Part shown: piece after piece, positions 60,757-64,000 of the stretch
How the letters are laid out: every line of letters starts with the position of its first letter
How positions within the stretch are numbered: the first letter of the stretch is position 1
NCBI GenBank assembly: GCA_014800685.1
Contig: JAAVFQ010000015.1
Span: forward strand, 15,767 to 79,766
Direction: 5' to 3'
Source: Bacteroidales bacterium
Lineage (GTDB): Bacteria; Bacteroidota; Bacteroidia; Bacteroidales; Muribaculaceae
Length of the DNA: 64,000 nt
Translations under genes and position numbers: made by a program
Notes under the pieces: generated by a model
The model's input: only the letters and a program-made list of their open reading frames with translations
Database searches by the model: none
Told to the model about the DNA's origin: nothing

Positions 60757-62217
60757 TTATTCCGGTGTCTTATCATTTCCGGTGGATTTTCCGGAGTGCT
60801 CGGGCGCCGGAGCCTGCGATGTACTTTTTTGCGGTGCTCCGGCACGATTGGGTTGCGTTAGCACTCCCTCATCTTGAGGAGCCTTGATAGAGCCCGGAGT
60901 GTTTTTTGCAGGTACCTTCTGAGCCTTATCCTGTTTACTCTTTTTAGAAAGAGCTGCAGAAGACCTCTCAGAGGATTTTTCTTTACTCAATTCTTCAGGG
61001 ATGGGAGAAATACTTTCACCTCCTTCGTCTAAAACGGATACCTCTGACTCAGTAGTTTTAACAACATCTACCTCTTCCTCCTCATATACCCGCTTTCCGG
61101 TATCTTTCCCTCTGCCTTCTCCATTAATCTTTTCAATGAAAAGATAAGCGATTACCATCAGCAAGAGAGCAAGTATTGCGCTTAGAATATATATGAGAAC
61201 TTTGGATTTTCTCTTTTTTTTGACAGGCAGAGGAGGAGCCATATTTATCGAAGAGGAGTATGCAGGTTCGCTCTTCGACTTAATTGGATTTTCTGACGTC
61301 CTTCCCTTATGATTGACTTCAGAGACTACCTGTGAGGGGGCTGATCGGCGTGAAGCCAGCTTATCCTTGTCTATGAGAAGGGGACATTCCTTAGAATCGA
61401 CCTCTAAGGGCGTGGCCGGTCTTCCTTCTATAGCTACAACTTCTATGATGAAGGCTGTATGATTGTCTCTATTTTCAATCGTAGCCATTCGAAGAGCTTG
61501 CACCTTCTTGTCAATATCGTCTACGGCCGGGGAGTCTGAGAAGAAAAACTTCAGGTTTTCATCATCGGCCTCTTCAAGCATTCCATCTGTACAAAGATAG
61601 AAATAATCTCCCGGCATAATATTAGAAGAGTGGTGCACATCCGCCATTGAACGTCTCTCATCATTAGGCTGCATAGCTCTTGTGATAACGTTTTTCTGAG
61701 GAAACATCTTTGCTTCTTCCTCAGTAAGCTGACCGACTTTGATTAGGTCGTTTACCAGAGAATGGTCCTCGCTTTTAAAGATAATCTTTGTCTCGGCAGG
61801 AGTGTTTCCGGGGCGAAACTGATATATACGGCTATCTCCAAGGTGAGCAGCAGTATAGCCTGCATCATGAAATTTCAGGAACGTCATAGTGGTTCCCATT
61901 TTTTTTGTAGCACCGGAGTCTTTTGCATCGAGAGCCTTGTAAGCCTCGCTAATGGCATGCTGCAGGATTAAATCTGAGAAACTACCCTCAGGGGAGGATT
62001 CCGTCTCAACGACTTTGCCCATGGTCTCAACCACCGTTTCGCTGGCCACTTCTCCTTTATCATGTCCTCCCATGCCATCACACAGCACAAATACCCGACA
62101 GCTATCCGAGATTGCATCCATTGAGGGATACATGCTATCTTCCTGGTGCGGATGACCACTTTCATCGGTTCGTTTACCAAACTCTATGATGCCTCGAACT
62201 CTTAGTTTAAATTTCAT
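60757..62217 (-). CDS. PP2C/PPM Ser/Thr phosphatase with TM anchor and low-complexity C-tail
   Basis: QEDS, LCDGMGGH, HLGDSR, ITRA, LCTDG, DNHT; KKKRKSK before the TM. Confidence 0.93.
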   Translation of the reverse strand: MKFKLRVRGIIEFGKRTDESGHPHQEDSMYPSMDAISDSCRVFVLCDGMGGHDKGEVASETVVETMGKVVETESSPEGSFSDLILQHAISEAYKALDAKDSGATKKMGTTMTFLKFHDAGYTAAHLGDSRIYQFRPGNTPAETKIIFKSEDHSLVNDLIKVGQLTEEEAKMFPQKNVITRAMQPNDERRSMADVHHSSNIMPGDYFYLCTDGMLEEADDENLKFFFSDSPAVDDIDKKVQALRMATIENRDNHTAFIIEVVAIEGRPATPLEVDSKECPLLIDKDKLASRRSAPSQVVSEVNHKGRTSENPIKSKSEPAYSSSINMAPPLPVKKKRKSKVLIYILSAILALLLMVIAYLFIEKINGEGRGKDTGKRVYEEEEVDVVKTTESEVSVLDEGGESISPIPEELSKEKSSERSSAALSKKSKQDKAQKVPAKNTPGSIKAPQDEGVLTQPNRAGAPQKSTSQAPAPEHSGKSTGNDKTPE

Positions 62218-62260
62218 GACGTTTTTCTTAGATTGTCGCTTTATCCAATACCAGATTACT

Positions 62261-62890
62261 TCAATTTACAATAAGAATCAGAGAGGCATCCGGCAATGAA
62301 ATCTGCATGCCGGGAATGATAGGCATTCTGCATCCAAAATACAAACGATTCCCGTTAATATAAGTTTCGTTGCAATTAGGCTTACATAGTGATGCTGTGA
62401 ACTGAAGACCACCGTAGGCATCAGTATTAACATCAATCAGGAGATGCTCCCTGCTCATTTTAAGACTTCCTCCGGTATTAATCTTTACATTTGCGGATGA
62501 GCTGGCACTATATCTGCCTATAATATTGCTACCGATTAAAAGCGGGTAACGTTCCTGGGTTCCTTGATTAAGAAGCATGGCATAGTGTCCCTGCGAGGGT
62601 TGCCCGTAAGGGCGGGGGGGACGCTGGGCGGGAATTCCTTGTCTCGGAGGGACACCGGAGGAAGCCGGAGGTGCTGAAGAGTACCCCGGATAATTACCGT
62701 TGAAGTCGGGAGTTTTATGAGGAGGAGGAGTCTGCACTCTGCCGGGGACAGCCACATCCTTCATCTTAATAAAGGGGTAGGTGTTATGGCATACAGGACA
62801 AGTGACAGTGGTATTCTGAATACCGGCCTGATTTCTTATGGTCAGTATCGCCCCGCAGGTTGGACATTTTTTTTGTATAAATTCATTCAT
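62261..62890 (-). CDS. Zinc-ribbon - Pro-rich linker - FHA domain protein
   Basis: CPTC...CPVC; FHA motifs IGR, SREH, NETYING; likely start 62890. Confidence 0.88.
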   Translation of the reverse strand: MNEFIQKKCPTCGAILTIRNQAGIQNTTVTCPVCHNTYPFIKMKDVAVPGRVQTPPPHKTPDFNGNYPGYSSAPPASSGVPPRQGIPAQRPPRPYGQPSQGHYAMLLNQGTQERYPLLIGSNIIGRYSASSSANVKINTGGSLKMSREHLLIDVNTDAYGGLQFTASLCKPNCNETYINGNRLYFGCRMPIIPGMQISLPDASLILIVN

Positions 62891-62944
62891 AATTATAGTC
62901 TTTACAGGGATAGTCAAGTTATTAATATATCTCTCTTACATTTC

Positions 62945-62984
62945 TGCTCTTCAACAAGTCATTTTGGCTGAACTTTGAAGAGCA
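62945..62984. other. Intergenic stem-loop within the signalling cluster
   Basis: TGCTCTTCAA / TTGAAGAGCA 10-bp arms with inner pairing; no U-tract on the coding (minus) strand. Confidence 0.6.
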
Positions 62985-63026
62985 AATTAATTTATCAACT
63001 TGCTTATCCATTCTCTTTATTAATTA

Positions 63027-63503
63027 TTAGTAATAGACTCCTTTTTCCCCGTTAAGGATACTCTGTAAAGATTTCAGTCTGCTTTCTTTTTCTTTTTTGG
63101 AAAGAATCAATGCTACATATTCTGATCTCTTTTCTGAATATTCTCTTTCTAAGGACTTGTCCTTTCGCTCCGAGTTTGAGAGCCGTTTTTCAAGACTAAG
63201 CAAGTCTGATGATCGGATTTCAATTTTTATTTCAATAGTCTTCAAATGCTCGGATAGTAGGGCAGCTTCCTTTTCAATGCATTTCAAAGAGTCTGCCGAA
63301 AGGCCCTCTAATCCAATACTCTTTGGGGCTGTCTCATCTTTTCCGGCTCCCTTCATGATACCTGTTCGTTTCATGGACAGCATCCTCTCAGCTGCACGCT
63401 GCTTCTGCACTCTCTCCGGGGGCGCTTGACTTTCGGAAGCTCGAGAGCCAATAGAAATCACCAGGCATAACAATGTAGTTATTATTTTTTCTGACGTTTT
63501 CAT
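63027..63503 (-). CDS. Secreted coiled-coil protein, function unknown
   Basis: Signal-like N-terminus (KIITTLLCLVISIGSRA), heptad-rich charged C-terminal half. Confidence 0.7.
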   Translation of the reverse strand: MKTSEKIITTLLCLVISIGSRASESQAPPERVQKQRAAERMLSMKRTGIMKGAGKDETAPKSIGLEGLSADSLKCIEKEAALLSEHLKTIEIKIEIRSSDLLSLEKRLSNSERKDKSLEREYSEKRSEYVALILSKKEKESRLKSLQSILNGEKGVYY

Positions 63504-63526
63504 CTCATATTCACTGTTTGTTCCGA

Positions 63527-64000
63527 TTAATTCTCGCTCTCATCAAGCAAAATATTATCTTCTTTTACTTGGTCTGCATTCCCATTATATTTCTGATATT
63601 CCTTCAGGGCATTGCGATATTTTCTTAAGACATCTTTTTTCACATATACCTTGAGATTTGGACAATGAGTCTTGAGAGTCCACATCGGCTTGTCTGTATT
63701 CATGTTTTCATACAAGACGTTAGCTGAAAAAGGGCCCTCAAGTAAAACCTGTGTAACCGGCGAATTAAGCAACAAATCAGGCTTCAGAATTATTCCTGCA
63801 GGAGCTATCACTCTATCAATTTTACAATCTTTCTGCCACACTCCCTCGGCGATGTCTTCCAGTTTTTCCGACAACTTAAGATCGCCACATTTCGAACTTG
63901 GTATCAGAAGCAGGCGTTTACTATCGGCCGAATAAAGACAACCATCATAACACTCATATTTCTTTTCCTCATCGGAAGACTTCATGCTGATGTTTTGCAG
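63527..64000 (-). CDS. C-terminal part of a BspA-like leucine-rich-repeat (LRR_5) protein, start outside the window
   Basis: Frame open to the edge (LQNISMKS...); YECYDGCLYSADSKRLLLIP resembles the Y.S.DGVLYSKD...LI.YP spacer of LRR_5 proteins; LKVYVKKDVLRKY C-terminal cap. Confidence 0.6.
   Translation of the reverse strand: MQNISMKSSDEEKKYECYDGCLYSADSKRLLLIPSSKCGDLKLSEKLEDIAEGVWQKDCKIDRVIAPAGIILKPDLLLNSPVTQVLLEGPFSANVLYENMNTDKPMWTLKTHCPNLKVYVKKDVLRKYRNALKEYQKYNGNADQVKEDNILLDESEN

Noticed and set aside
62614-62620. G7 tract in the FHA gene as a possible phase-variation site
   Set aside because: Short, in frame, and explained by Pro codons in the linker
1-64000. CRISPR arrays, rRNA, tRNA, known riboswitches, intact IS or prophage genes
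   Set aside because: None recognised by eye; intergenic gaps are short and show no repeat-spacer periodicity. A tRNAscan or Rfam run would be needed to exclude small RNAs formally.

Overview
A 64-kb chromosomal window from a gut-type Bacteroidales bacterium, inferred from TTTG-N20-TAnnTTTG promoters and the gene set (Muribaculaceae-like is my guess). About 1-54 kb is mostly housekeeping: proS, DPP-IV, miaA, udk, lptB, holA, pcrA, nspC, cdsA, fusA2 (EF-G2), hemW, a Cur-like Crp regulator, menDBCE, fmt, tsaC, nadE, lipAB, plsC, rfbAC, yihA, an aspartate kinase, recR and glnS. The last ~10 kb (54245 to the window edge, minus strand) is an accessory eukaryotic-like phospho-signalling cluster. In transcription order it encodes an LRR protein (cut by the edge), a secreted coiled-coil protein, a Zn-ribbon-FHA protein, a membrane-anchored PP2C, a pseudokinase, a variant kinase, a kinase-less membrane protein, a kinase-TM-MORN receptor and a secreted Sel1-repeat protein. 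Smaller signals: two copies of a covarying structured intergenic element, a three-fragment rfbB relic, a near-ideal Cur box at fusA2 with cur two genes away, a ThrA-type aspartokinase lacking its dehydrogenase half, a 47-nt palindrome, and a 10-bp inverted repeat around the rfbA promoter. I found no rRNA, tRNA, CRISPR array, integrase or intact transposase. All assignments come from motif recognition by eye, not from database searches.
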